Positions 18,138 to 27,848 of a DNA stretch of 44,567 nt are shown one piece after another. A model generated the notes under the pieces. It saw nothing but the letters and a program-made list of their open reading frames with translations, made no database searches and was not told the DNA's origin. A program made the position numbers and the translations under genes. Every line of letters starts with the position of its first letter. The stretch's first letter is position 1. Origin of the DNA: Candidatus Micrarchaeota archaeon (GTDB lineage: Archaea > Micrarchaeota > Micrarchaeia > Anstonellales > Bilamarchaeaceae); contig JBDRIM010000085.1 of the NCBI GenBank assembly GCA_043816005.1, positions 1-44,567 on the forward strand. The letters are read 5' to 3'.

Positions 18138-19184
18138 TCATCTCACAAAAAAGAATAACACAGCAATTATCAAATACATAATAATTAGCTGTGCTCCTTC
18201 AAACCAATTTGCTTTTCCATCCGTAGATATCTCATTTACAATTAAAACACTTGCAAAAACAGCTATTACTTCAAATGGTGTAAATACAAGATCCATTGGT
18301 TTTCCCATTAATGCACCTGCGATTACTACAACTGGAGCAACGAACATTGCAATCTGCAAGCTTGAACCAATCGTGACATTTACGCTCATGTCCAGTTTAT
18401 TTTTCAGTGCAAAAAATATAGCTGCCAAGTGTTCAGCAGCATTTCCAACAACAGCAACAATTATTGCACCTATAAACAACTCTGTCAAACCAAATGTCTG
18501 AGCCACATGTTCGATTTGGGCAACAAAAATTTCACTAACAATCAACAAAGCAATTGTTGATGCGCCTAAAATTCCAATTGCGTAATTTCTACTCCATTTT
18601 GCTTTTTCGTTATGTTCTTTCGTTGTTCTGAAAAGGTAACTGTGTGTTTTTAGTGAGAAAATCATACTGAGAAGATAAAGGCCAATGATCAGAACTGATA
18701 CGCTTAAACTAAGTATTTGCTCATCATTCCCACGATGCTCAAGCGGTACGAAATGGAAAAGACTTGGAATCATTATACTCATAAAAGCAATGAGCAGCAT
18801 AGTTGAATTCATACCTGCGAGATTGGTTGAAAATTTTTGTTCTTTAAATTTCAATCCTCCGATAAGAACACTTAAACCGAAAACAAATAATAAATTGCCA
18901 ATTATTGCACCCGAAAGCGATGCTTTAACAAGGTCAATAAGTCCGCGATTTATGGCGAGCAGAGCAATTATAAGCTCTGCCATATTTCCAAAAGTTGCAT
19001 TTAGCAGACTTCCGATCTGACCACCATAAATATTAGTTAATTCTTCTGTTGCTTCACCCATTTTGGCTGCGAGGGGAAAAATACCTAAAAGTGAGCAAGC
19101 GAATAATGTGGTACTATCAGCACCGATAAAATTTAGAATTATCAATAATGGTACAAATATAAGTAATAAATCCATTAACCTCAT
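18138..19184 (-). CDS. Calcium/proton exchanger (CaCA family, Cax/ChaA)
   Basis: Alpha repeats LLNATFGNMAELII and VGNAAEH; GSSLQIA. Confidence 0.95.
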   Translation of the reverse strand: MRLMDLLLIFVPLLIILNFIGADSTTLFACSLLGIFPLAAKMGEATEELTNIYGGQIGSLLNATFGNMAELIIALLAINRGLIDLVKASLSGAIIGNLLFVFGLSVLIGGLKFKEQKFSTNLAGMNSTMLLIAFMSIMIPSLFHFVPLEHRGNDEQILSLSVSVLIIGLYLLSMIFSLKTHSYLFRTTKEHNEKAKWSRNYAIGILGASTIALLIVSEIFVAQIEHVAQTFGLTELFIGAIIVAVVGNAAEHLAAIFFALKNKLDMSVNVTIGSSLQIAMFVAPVVVIAGALMGKPMDLVFTPFEVIAVFASVLIVNEISTDGKANWFEGAQLIIMYLIIAVLFFFVR

Positions 19185-19270
19185 GTTCTAAAAAAATACA
19201 AAAGAAGTTAAATTTGTTTGGTTGAATTTTCAGATTATATTCTACTAATAATGCTTACGAGGGTTTCACA

Positions 19271-21958
19271 ATGGACGTTGACAAAAATCAATTAAGAAAA
19301 GAATTTGCTGCTGAATGGGAAAAGCATTACAAATTAACCATACTTATCCAACGTGGTTTTAAACGGCAAAAATGCAAAAAATGTTCAAGAATGTTCTGGT
19401 CAAAAGACATGCGAGAACAATGCGGCGATCCATCCTGTATTGGTTATCAATTTATCGGTTCTACTCCAGTAAAAAAGAAACTCGGTTATGTTGACACTTG
19501 GAAAGTAATTGAGAAGTATTTCAAAGAATCTGGACATGGGTATGTTAAACCATATCCGACAGTTGCAAGATGGAGGGACGATCTTTATTTCACTGTTGCA
19601 TCAATCAATGATTTCCAGCCATATGTTGTAAACGGAGAACTCGAACCACCTCACAATCCCCTAATTGTCCCGCAGCCATGCATTAGGTTTTCTGACATTA
19701 GTAATGTTGGTGTAAGTGGAAGACATTACACTAATTTCGTTATGATTGGTCAGCATGCTTTTAACACTAAAAAAACAGGCAATTTCTATTGGAAAGAAGA
19801 AGCACTTACGCATGACCTTAATTATCTTAAGGCACTTGGCATTCCAGAGGAAGAAATCGTGTTCCAGGAAGATGTTTGGGCAGGAGGAGGTAATTTCGGC
19901 CCATGCATAGAATATTTTGTTAGAGGTTTAGAACTTGGCAACTGTGTTTTCATGCAGTATGAAGTCACTCCATCTGGTCCAAAAGAACTGAGCACAAAAG
20001 TCATAGATATGGGAGCAGGACTTAGTCGTTTGGCTTGGATAACTTCAGGCGAACCAACGAGCTACGAGGTAGTATTTGGTCCAGTTATAGAAGAAATGAA
20101 AAAGAAAGCAGGAGTTAAGATCGATAAAAATCTTTTTGAAAAATTTGCAAAAATTTCAGGTAGTTTGAATGAAGATGAAGTGCCTGATCTTGAGAAGGAA
20201 AAAGAAAGAATCGCCGGTGTGCTTGGCATTAGTAAAAAAGAATTATTCGAAACACTTGAACCTTTACAAGCATTATATGCATCTGCAGATCATCTATGCA
20301 CCTTACTCTTCACGGTTACTGATGGCATGCTACCAAGTAATTCTGGTGGTGGTTACAACCTAAGAATGCTTCTAAGAAGAACATTCGGTTTCCAATCTCG
20401 TTTTGGATATGATACTGATTATGCAAAAATAGTCCAAGGTCATGCTGATTTTTTAGAATATATCTTTCCTCATCTACAAAATGGCGTTGACACAACTATA
20501 GATATAATTGCAGAAGAGAAAAAACGCTATCTTACAACAAAGGAAAAGGCAAGATCTGTAGTCATAAACATGGTAAAACGAGCCAAAGGCAGCACAATAC
20601 CTGCAAAAGAACTTCTTACTCTTTACAAAAGCCAAGGTATACCTCCAGAAGCAGTTGAAGAAGTTGCAGCAGAAAATAATGTTCAAGTAGAAATCCCAGG
20701 AAATTTCTATCAACAAGTAAGAGCTGCTGATGGGGAAGAGAAAGCAGCTGATAATGGGCCTTCGGTTAAAGTTCTCTCTTCAGATGTTGTTCATATGGCA
20801 AAAACAGATCCACTTTATTATAGTCGTCATGCCGAATTTGATGCAAAAGTTATCGGTGTGGTTCATGGAAAATATGTAGCACTTGATTCATCCGCATTTT
20901 ATCCTGAAGGTGGTGGTCAGGTTGCAGATCAAGGAACTTTGAATGGAATTCATGTGAAATACGTAACTCGTCAAGCAGGGGTTATTCTTCATGAAGTTGC
21001 AGATTCATCAAAATTCAAAACAGGTCAAAAAGTAAAGGGTATTGTTGATCTTAATCGAAGAAAAATAATTGCAAGGCATCATACTGCTGCACACATTTTG
21101 AATGCAGCCTGTCGTGTTATTCTTGGTCCGCACATTTGGCAAGGTGGTTCTTTCAAGGATGATGAAAAAGCACATCTTGACCTTACTCACTATCGTCGTA
21201 TAACTAATGAAGAACTTTTGAGGGTAGAGCAAAAAGTAAACGAATACATCATGCAAAATTTACTAATTACGACAGAAGTACTACCGCGAAACGAGGCTGA
21301 GGCAAAGTATGGTTTCACTCTTTATCAAGGTGGTGCAGTTCCTGGAAAAGAAATCCGAGTTGTTAGTGTTGGCAATATCGATAGCGAGGCATGCGGTGGA
21401 ACTCACACAATGCTTTCAAGCACTGGTGAGATTGGTTGCTTTAAAATTGTGAAAAGGGAAAGCGTTCAGGACGGTGTAGAACGAATTACTTACAAATGCG
21501 GTTCTGTTGCTATTGCATACATGCATGAAAAAGAACAAATGCTTCACGATGCTTCTGCGGTGTTAAGTGTTTCAGAAAGCGAACTTGTAAAAACCACATC
21601 CCGTTTCTTTGATGAATGGAAAGAGCAAAGAAAGAAAATAGAATCGCTCGAAGAAGTTTTGGTGAAGGATGAAGCCAAACAAATTATTGAGGCACATACA
21701 AAACATCCTGTGATGAAAGTTCTTGATCTTGATGAATCATCACTGAAAAAACTAGCACTCAAAATTGCTGAAAGTGAAAAAGCAGCTGCTTGTGTGATAA
21801 ACAAACATGGTAATATAATCTGCGCTGCTGGAAAATCCTCTGGTGTGAGTGCCAAAGCAATGCTGGGAAAAGTACTCAAGGAACTCGGTGGTTCAGGTGG
21901 TGGTTCTGATCGAATTGCACAGGGAAGGGCGAAGAAAATAGCAGTAATCAAGCTTTAA
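19271..21958 (+). CDS. alaS: Alanyl-tRNA synthetase, archaeal type
   Basis: ARWRDDLYFTVASINDFQP, DMGAGLSR, HHTAAH and CGGTH editing motifs, GGSGGG C-Ala domain. Confidence 0.97.
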   Translation: MDVDKNQLRKEFAAEWEKHYKLTILIQRGFKRQKCKKCSRMFWSKDMREQCGDPSCIGYQFIGSTPVKKKLGYVDTWKVIEKYFKESGHGYVKPYPTVARWRDDLYFTVASINDFQPYVVNGELEPPHNPLIVPQPCIRFSDISNVGVSGRHYTNFVMIGQHAFNTKKTGNFYWKEEALTHDLNYLKALGIPEEEIVFQEDVWAGGGNFGPCIEYFVRGLELGNCVFMQYEVTPSGPKELSTKVIDMGAGLSRLAWITSGEPTSYEVVFGPVIEEMKKKAGVKIDKNLFEKFAKISGSLNEDEVPDLEKEKERIAGVLGISKKELFETLEPLQALYASADHLCTLLFTVTDGMLPSNSGGGYNLRMLLRRTFGFQSRFGYDTDYAKIVQGHADFLEYIFPHLQNGVDTTIDIIAEEKKRYLTTKEKARSVVINMVKRAKGSTIPAKELLTLYKSQGIPPEAVEEVAAENNVQVEIPGNFYQQVRAADGEEKAADNGPSVKVLSSDVVHMAKTDPLYYSRHAEFDAKVIGVVHGKYVALDSSAFYPEGGGQVADQGTLNGIHVKYVTRQAGVILHEVADSSKFKTGQKVKGIVDLNRRKIIARHHTAAHILNAACRVILGPHIWQGGSFKDDEKAHLDLTHYRRITNEELLRVEQKVNEYIMQNLLITTEVLPRNEAEAKYGFTLYQGGAVPGKEIRVVSVGNIDSEACGGTHTMLSSTGEIGCFKIVKRESVQDGVERITYKCGSVAIAYMHEKEQMLHDASAVLSVSESELVKTTSRFFDEWKEQRKKIESLEEVLVKDEAKQIIEAHTKHPVMKVLDLDESSLKKLALKIAESEKAAACVINKHGNIICAAGKSSGVSAKAMLGKVLKELGGSGGGSDRIAQGRAKKIAVIKL

Positions 21959-22000
21959 ATATCTGGTATGAATCCTCTATGTGAAAGGTGTTTATCTAAC

Positions 22001-22804
22001 ATGCTAGCTCTAGAAGTGAAAAACTTAACAAAAAAATTTAAGGATTTTGTCGCCGTTGACGATATTTCATTTACTGTAAAGCAAGGAAGTGTATTCGCTT
22101 TCCTCGGACCAAATGGTGCTGGGAAAAGTACAACTATCAAAATGATGACTACTCTATTACAGCCAACAAACGGATCTATCAGCTTAATTGGAAATGATGT
22201 GGTAAAAAATCCAAACGCAGTTCGTACAAATTTTGGCATTGTTTTTCAGGACCAAAGCTTAGATGAAGAACTTACTGCATATGAAAATATGGATTTTCAT
22301 GGCGTGATCTATCATATGCCGGATAATTTGAGGAAAACAAGAATAGAACAGCTTATGAAATTTGTTGAACTATGGGATAGGAAAAATGATCTTGTTAAGC
22401 ATTTTTCCGGTGGAATGAGGCGTAGGTTGGAGATCGCTCGCGGACTTTTGCACCATCCAAAAATTTTATTCCTTGATGAACCAACCATTGGTTTAGACCC
22501 TCAAACAAGAAATCATATCTGGACATATATAAAAAAACTAAACGAAGAGGAAAAAGTTACTATCTTTTTTACAACTCATTATATGGAAGAGGCCGAAAAA
22601 GCAGCAGATGATTTAGCCATAATTGATCATGGTAAAATAGTTGCCCGTGGAACTGCAAAAGAACTGAAAGAAAAAGCAAAAGCAAAAACCCTCGAAGAAG
22701 CATTTATTGCACTTACTGGTCATGAAATCCGTGCTGAAGAATCAACTACCCTTGACCACATGCGTGGCATGAGAAAGATGTGGGGCAGAGGGCGAGGTAG
22801 GTAA
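22001..22804 (+). CDS. ABC-2 exporter ATP-binding subunit (DrrA-like)
   Basis: GPNGAGKST, FSGGMRRRL, LFLDEPT, TTHYM. Confidence 0.95.
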   Translation: MLALEVKNLTKKFKDFVAVDDISFTVKQGSVFAFLGPNGAGKSTTIKMMTTLLQPTNGSISLIGNDVVKNPNAVRTNFGIVFQDQSLDEELTAYENMDFHGVIYHMPDNLRKTRIEQLMKFVELWDRKNDLVKHFSGGMRRRLEIARGLLHHPKILFLDEPTIGLDPQTRNHIWTYIKKLNEEEKVTIFFTTHYMEEAEKAADDLAIIDHGKIVARGTAKELKEKAKAKTLEEAFIALTGHEIRAEESTTLDHMRGMRKMWGRGRGR

Positions 22805-22805
22805 A

Positions 22806-23549
22806 ATGAAAGTAATATACATCATGTGGCTAAGACAACTAAAGCGATATTTCCGTTCAAAATCTCGTATGCTAGGTTCAATAGGTCAACCGTTACTTTT
22901 TTTAGTTGCATTAGGTTTTGGTTTTGGGCCAATTTTTGAAAAAGCAGGCGGAGGAAATTATATTGATTTTCTAGCACCAGGCATAATATCCATGGGCATA
23001 CTTTTCACTGCAGTATTTTCAGGAATTGAAGTGATATGGGATAAACAGTTCGGATTTTTGAAAGAAACTTTAGTTGCTCCGATTTCACGATACGAAATAA
23101 TGATTGGTCGAACTTTAGGTGGTGCCACAGTTGCCCTATTCCAGGGAGTGGTGGTTTTTTTCCTGTCAATTTTGATAGGTTTCCATCCGAATCTCACACT
23201 ACTTCCACTGGCTCTAGTATTTGCAGCTCTTATTGCGCTTTTCTTTACTGCACTTGGAACTGCTCTTGCTTCATTGATGGAGGATATGCATGGATTCCAG
23301 CTCATCATGAATTTTCTGGTGATGCCAACTTTCTTCCTTTCCGGTGCTTTATTCCCTCTTAGTGGTCTTCCAGATTTTATTTCAACCATAACTGCATTCA
23401 ATCCACTTTCTTACGGAGTTGATGGGTTGCGAGGTGCACTCATTGGTGGTTCTCATTTTGGACTTATCACAGATTTTAGTATTCTGGGAATAATGACATT
23501 GGTTGTTCTTGCTTTGGGAAGCTATCTTTTCTCGAAAATACAGGTATGA
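22806..23549 (+). CDS. ABC-2 exporter permease (DrrB-like)
   Basis: DKQFGFLKETLVAPISR, FLSGALFP, NPLSYGVD. Confidence 0.93.
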   Translation: MKVIYIMWLRQLKRYFRSKSRMLGSIGQPLLFLVALGFGFGPIFEKAGGGNYIDFLAPGIISMGILFTAVFSGIEVIWDKQFGFLKETLVAPISRYEIMIGRTLGGATVALFQGVVVFFLSILIGFHPNLTLLPLALVFAALIALFFTALGTALASLMEDMHGFQLIMNFLVMPTFFLSGALFPLSGLPDFISTITAFNPLSYGVDGLRGALIGGSHFGLITDFSILGIMTLVVLALGSYLFSKIQV

Positions 23550-23600
23550 TCATTCACGTTAGGAAATGACTTCAGCTTAAAAAATATAACTCTGAACGAT

Positions 23601-26246
23601 ATGTTTATGAAAGAAATTTCTTCTCTGTTTCTAGTTTTTCTATTGTTGACACTATTAAGTTTAATTAGTATTTCATTTTCCGCGAAAGTAGATACTACTG
23701 TAAAAGTCACTTCCATTGGAGGGGATGCGAAAATTTATTCACAGGTAGAGGTGCAAAATCTTGCAGAGCTCACTGCTGAGTATGTTAAACTCAGACAGAG
23801 TATCGCAGATATGGAAAAAATGTATAGTGATATGCTTGTGTATACTGTTCAACTGATGGGTGGTGGCACAGACCCACAGACAGTTTCATTGGTAGGTGCT
23901 GACGATCCTACTCCCATGGCAGTTCAGATTGCACATGCAACGGGGGATTTAGCAGCCGGAGCTGATATAATCGAACGTGACCAGGCTAAGCTGGATGCAT
24001 TGAGGCAACAACTTTCACAGGCACAACAAGGTTCTGGTGTTGGAACCCTGGTTAATGGCATAAGTGTACTTGATTCCACGGATACTTCTTCAGGTTCTAT
24101 CATAACTGCAGGTGTAGATAGTTATGTAACTATAGATTCAGGCGGGGAAAGCGTTACTCTAATTCCAGGTTCCACAGTATACATTCTTGTAGATAAACAA
24201 CAAGGCGTTCAATTGGTTAATTTGATAGATGGGAAGATCGAGGTCAGTTCTTCTTCAGGATTAGACGGAATGGTGATAATAGTAGATAATAAAGTGGTTA
24301 ACCACAAAGATACTTCGTTTTTTGTTGAGAGAGAAAATGGAACTATAACAATTGGTTCTTATTCAGGAGTCGTAGGAATAACTGATTTTGGAAATATGAC
24401 TTTCTATGCTATTCCATCCACTACTCATATAAAATTCACTAACAATCAAACAGTTACAGATACGATTTCTTCAAAAAAAGTTGGCGTAGCTTATATTTCA
24501 TTGAATGATACCCCATCATATTCCATAAAACCAGTTGTGGACATCATTTTCGATGGGCCAATAAAAACCGAAACATTAACCGGGTCACTTAGTTGTGACG
24601 GTAAAAATTACAGCGGTTATTTTTTCACTTACAGTGATAGTCATGTTGCTTTCGTGCCCTATTCCCCTGTTCAAAACGGTTCATGTGCCCTTACTTTTAT
24701 TGGAATGGATTATTTTGAAAATACATTAAAATATGATTCTAAATTCACTACTCTTTGTCAGGTTCCCGATGCAGATTATTATGTATTCTATCCTACTGTT
24801 TATAAGATACGAAAAGCGTTAGATATAAACAATACTCTGAAAAAGAATCTGTTTGTCTATGGTGTAAACTTATATCTGTTGCAGAATTTTTCAAATGTGT
24901 TCGTACATGTTGATTCTATCTCTCCTTCTGGCTATGAAATTAAAAAAGATTCTTTTGGAAATGCTTATGTATCTTGGCCTAATGAGCGAGGAGTAGCTGC
25001 AGAAACCGGGTTTTCTTATGAGATAAATTATACTGTACTCTCTTTCGATGTAGATTACTTTGATTTTCTTGATTTTAATTCAGAAGGATCAGTATCATCA
25101 AATGCATTCCTGAAATCCACTCAAAACATACAAAGTAGCAATCAGGAGATAGACTCACTTGCATCTTCATTGATTGGAAATACTAGTCTAATAAGGGCGT
25201 ATAAGATCGCCAATTGGTTACGATCGAACATACACTACGATTTCTCAATGGAACAGGATGGCGGAGCATTGGCTACTCTTCACAATGGTACTGGTACATG
25301 CAATGGTTATGCTACGTTATTTGCAGCACTTGGAAGAGCTTCTGACATTCCGACAAAATATGACATTGGAATACTCGGGAATCAAGGGTATCATGCATTC
25401 AATGAAATCTATGTTAATGGAACATGGATACCTGTTGATCCTACTGGTGTAAGTTCAGCAACAGATTATTTTGGGTTTTTATCTAATACTCAATTCAAGG
25501 AAGCAGAACTTGGCGATCTTTCTGATTCTGTAGAACCATTTTATGCATACATAAAGGACGGACATGATAAGATATATAATCCCGAGGGCTATACATTCAC
25601 ATATGTTCGCAATGTTTATTTGAGCAATTCTTCAGTGCTTGAACCGTTACTGAAAAAACTTTATCTCTTATTGTATTTACAGGACCTCCAGTTCCAATCA
25701 GCGTATTCTACTGATAACTTTTTCTGTAATTATTATGACAATGCAAATGCAATAAACAATATAGTTGAAAACTGTAAGAAAAAAGATTGCAGTTTAGATA
25801 TCGATGCTAAATTGGTTACTGAGTTTGGAAAACTATACGATGCGCTTAATACCTCTGTGACTATGAGAATTAACAAAACAAACCAAGCCGAGGCCGTTGA
25901 TTATCCTGTTTCTTTAGCAGATAAAACTGCGTTAACTGAAGCCAAAAACAATGTGGATGCTGCAGAAGTATATTTCAATGAGAAAGAATACTCAAATGCC
26001 ATTACTTCATTAGCTTCTGCGAATTCGTTATTGTACAATACTACGTTCTATGATTTCGAAGATTGGAGCTTAAATATTACCAATGTACCTGGGAACTTAA
26101 ATATAACCAACAACACTGTACATATACCGATTAACTATACCTACAATCTTAACAATTCAAATGAACCTGTTGATGATACAACATGTTGTCCGTCATCATT
26201 TATTCTCCTCGTAGTACTATTTTCCATGTTTTTCATAAAGAGATAA
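23601..26246 (+). CDS. Secreted, membrane-anchored transglutaminase-like protein with FecR-like N-terminal region
   Basis: Signal peptide; GTCNGYATLFAALGR, HAFNE and WIPVDPT give a Cys-His-Asp triad; C-terminal CCPSS + TM + KR. Confidence 0.8.
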   Translation: MFMKEISSLFLVFLLLTLLSLISISFSAKVDTTVKVTSIGGDAKIYSQVEVQNLAELTAEYVKLRQSIADMEKMYSDMLVYTVQLMGGGTDPQTVSLVGADDPTPMAVQIAHATGDLAAGADIIERDQAKLDALRQQLSQAQQGSGVGTLVNGISVLDSTDTSSGSIITAGVDSYVTIDSGGESVTLIPGSTVYILVDKQQGVQLVNLIDGKIEVSSSSGLDGMVIIVDNKVVNHKDTSFFVERENGTITIGSYSGVVGITDFGNMTFYAIPSTTHIKFTNNQTVTDTISSKKVGVAYISLNDTPSYSIKPVVDIIFDGPIKTETLTGSLSCDGKNYSGYFFTYSDSHVAFVPYSPVQNGSCALTFIGMDYFENTLKYDSKFTTLCQVPDADYYVFYPTVYKIRKALDINNTLKKNLFVYGVNLYLLQNFSNVFVHVDSISPSGYEIKKDSFGNAYVSWPNERGVAAETGFSYEINYTVLSFDVDYFDFLDFNSEGSVSSNAFLKSTQNIQSSNQEIDSLASSLIGNTSLIRAYKIANWLRSNIHYDFSMEQDGGALATLHNGTGTCNGYATLFAALGRASDIPTKYDIGILGNQGYHAFNEIYVNGTWIPVDPTGVSSATDYFGFLSNTQFKEAELGDLSDSVEPFYAYIKDGHDKIYNPEGYTFTYVRNVYLSNSSVLEPLLKKLYLLLYLQDLQFQSAYSTDNFFCNYYDNANAINNIVENCKKKDCSLDIDAKLVTEFGKLYDALNTSVTMRINKTNQAEAVDYPVSLADKTALTEAKNNVDAAEVYFNEKEYSNAITSLASANSLLYNTTFYDFEDWSLNITNVPGNLNITNNTVHIPINYTYNLNNSNEPVDDTTCCPSSFILLVVLFSMFFIKR

Positions 26247-26262
26247 ATTAGTTGAGGCGAAT

Positions 26263-26979
26263 TTATTTCCCCAACAATTCAGGTTTCTCTAAAAATTCAA
26301 ACTTTTTCGGATTATCATGGAATTCCATAAGTAAATCCTTGCATGAAAATCCATATTTTTCGTTTAATTGTTGTGGGGTAATCCACTCATTTCGTTGAAC
26401 CATATAATTAGAGTTCTGAACTATTTCACCGCCTTTACGATAATAATACGCGCCTCCTCGATTATCCTCAAAGTCACAGTAAAGCGATTCAAACTTATCA
26501 TAAACTAGATTACAAAGAACAAGCATATCTTCACCTGGATTAATCGACACATGTCCATATCCTGGTGGTATAAGTATGACTTCCTTTTCTTTTGCATGAA
26601 TCAAAAGAGTATCAACACTTCCATTTCTATTCTTTTTTTGTAGTAAAAAAACTGCGTTTCCGTTCAATATTTGGTAAACTTCAGGATATTGAAGTCCGTT
26701 ATCTTTAGCTGGGTGATAATGGCCATATGTTTTAGCACATTCACCCTCGATATCACGGGCAGGGATTATTGTAACATCATATCTTAGGTCATTATTGTGG
26801 TATACGTTTCTGAACATATAATACATCTCAGGATTATCTGTTCCATCTACATCTTTCATCAAAGTTTTTTTCATTTGGTTCAAAAGACGTACTGATTTAT
26901 GATGTTGCTGTCCATTTACAATAAGATTAGTTCCAACCAATTCTATGCTAACCGGTTTTTCATATAAGACCGTAGCCAT
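26263..26979 (-). CDS. Cupin-type (archaeal) glucose-6-phosphate isomerase
   Basis: LRYDVTII, KTYGHYH, YPEVYQILNG, IPPGYGHVSIN. Confidence 0.88.
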   Translation of the reverse strand: MATVLYEKPVSIELVGTNLIVNGQQHHKSVRLLNQMKKTLMKDVDGTDNPEMYYMFRNVYHNNDLRYDVTIIPARDIEGECAKTYGHYHPAKDNGLQYPEVYQILNGNAVFLLQKKNRNGSVDTLLIHAKEKEVILIPPGYGHVSINPGEDMLVLCNLVYDKFESLYCDFEDNRGGAYYYRKGGEIVQNSNYMVQRNEWITPQQLNEKYGFSCKDLLMEFHDNPKKFEFLEKPELLGK

Positions 26980-27370
26980 GTTCCACAACCCCCTTCATTT
27001 TTTTGAACTCACCTATTTTTTCAAGCGGTTTTACTACTTGTATCTTTTGTTTTTTAAATTTATAAAACAGAAGCTTCAAGAATAACAAAAATTCGCTTTT
27101 CTTTACCCCACGCTTTTCAAAGTCTTTTTCCAATTGTTGGATGGTTTTGAAAGATGCAATGAAAAAGGACAGATCAATTGTATTATTTCCGTTCCATTCT
27201 CTTATCTCATCGTGCATGATCATTCTAATAATGCCTAGCTGTGCACGTAATTTTTTTGCACCTGCATCATCACCATCTATTTTCATGTTGACCTTTTTCA
27301 GTGCATAAGCTATTGAGTCCCAATCAGCGGCAGCCAGGCTATCACTAATACTCTCTAGGTTAGAAGTCAT
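26960..27370 (-). CDS. Hypothetical protein
   Basis: 136-aa ORF overlapping the PGI start; TATA-like TTAAAAAG upstream. Confidence 0.6.
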   Translation of the reverse strand: MTSNLESISDSLAAADWDSIAYALKKVNMKIDGDDAGAKKLRAQLGIIRMIMHDEIREWNGNNTIDLSFFIASFKTIQQLEKDFEKRGVKKSEFLLFLKLLFYKFKKQKIQVVKPLEKIGEFKKMKGVVEHGYGLI

Positions 27371-27420
27371 GCGGGTTAGAATAGGAGGTTAATGCTTTTT
27401 AATCTACTTTAAAACAAAAA

Positions 27421-27681
27421 TAGCCCCGACCGGAATTTCGTTCTCCAAATGGAGAGCCAGTTTTGGCTCCACCTTTTCGGAAAAGGTGGAATTCGAACCG
27501 GTGTCAAGGGGACCAGAACCCCCTATCCTTGACCGTTGTCCTTTTTAGGAAAAAGGACCAAAACTAACTCGCTAATTTTTGCACATCTGTGCAAAAATGG
27601 TTTTTACCCAAAACGCGAAAGCGTTTTGCAACAGCCAGTTTTGGTTTTGCTTTTTCCAAAAGCAAACTAGACTACGGGGCT
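27421..27681 (-). tRNA. tRNA-Gln(CTG) with introns at 15/16 (27536-27666, 131 nt) and 59/60 (27435-27491, 57 nt)
   Basis: Exons AGCCCCGTAGTCTAG ^ CGGTCAAGGATAGGGGGTTCTGGTCCCCTTGACACCGGTTCGAA ^ TCCGGTCGGGGCTA; BHB-like helices GTCT/GGAC and TTCG/CGAA. Confidence 0.88.
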
Positions 27682-27848
27682 ATAAAATAATCTAACAAAG
27701 CCTCATTAGAATTTTTTTATTATTGATCGCTTCGCGATGGAATCTACGGTGACATAACCACATTAACCAACCAAGGTTTGCGAAGCCGGCAACGTATATC
27801 AGAAGCTTATTCTTATAAGAAACCAATAAAAACAAAAGCTTCTCTTAA

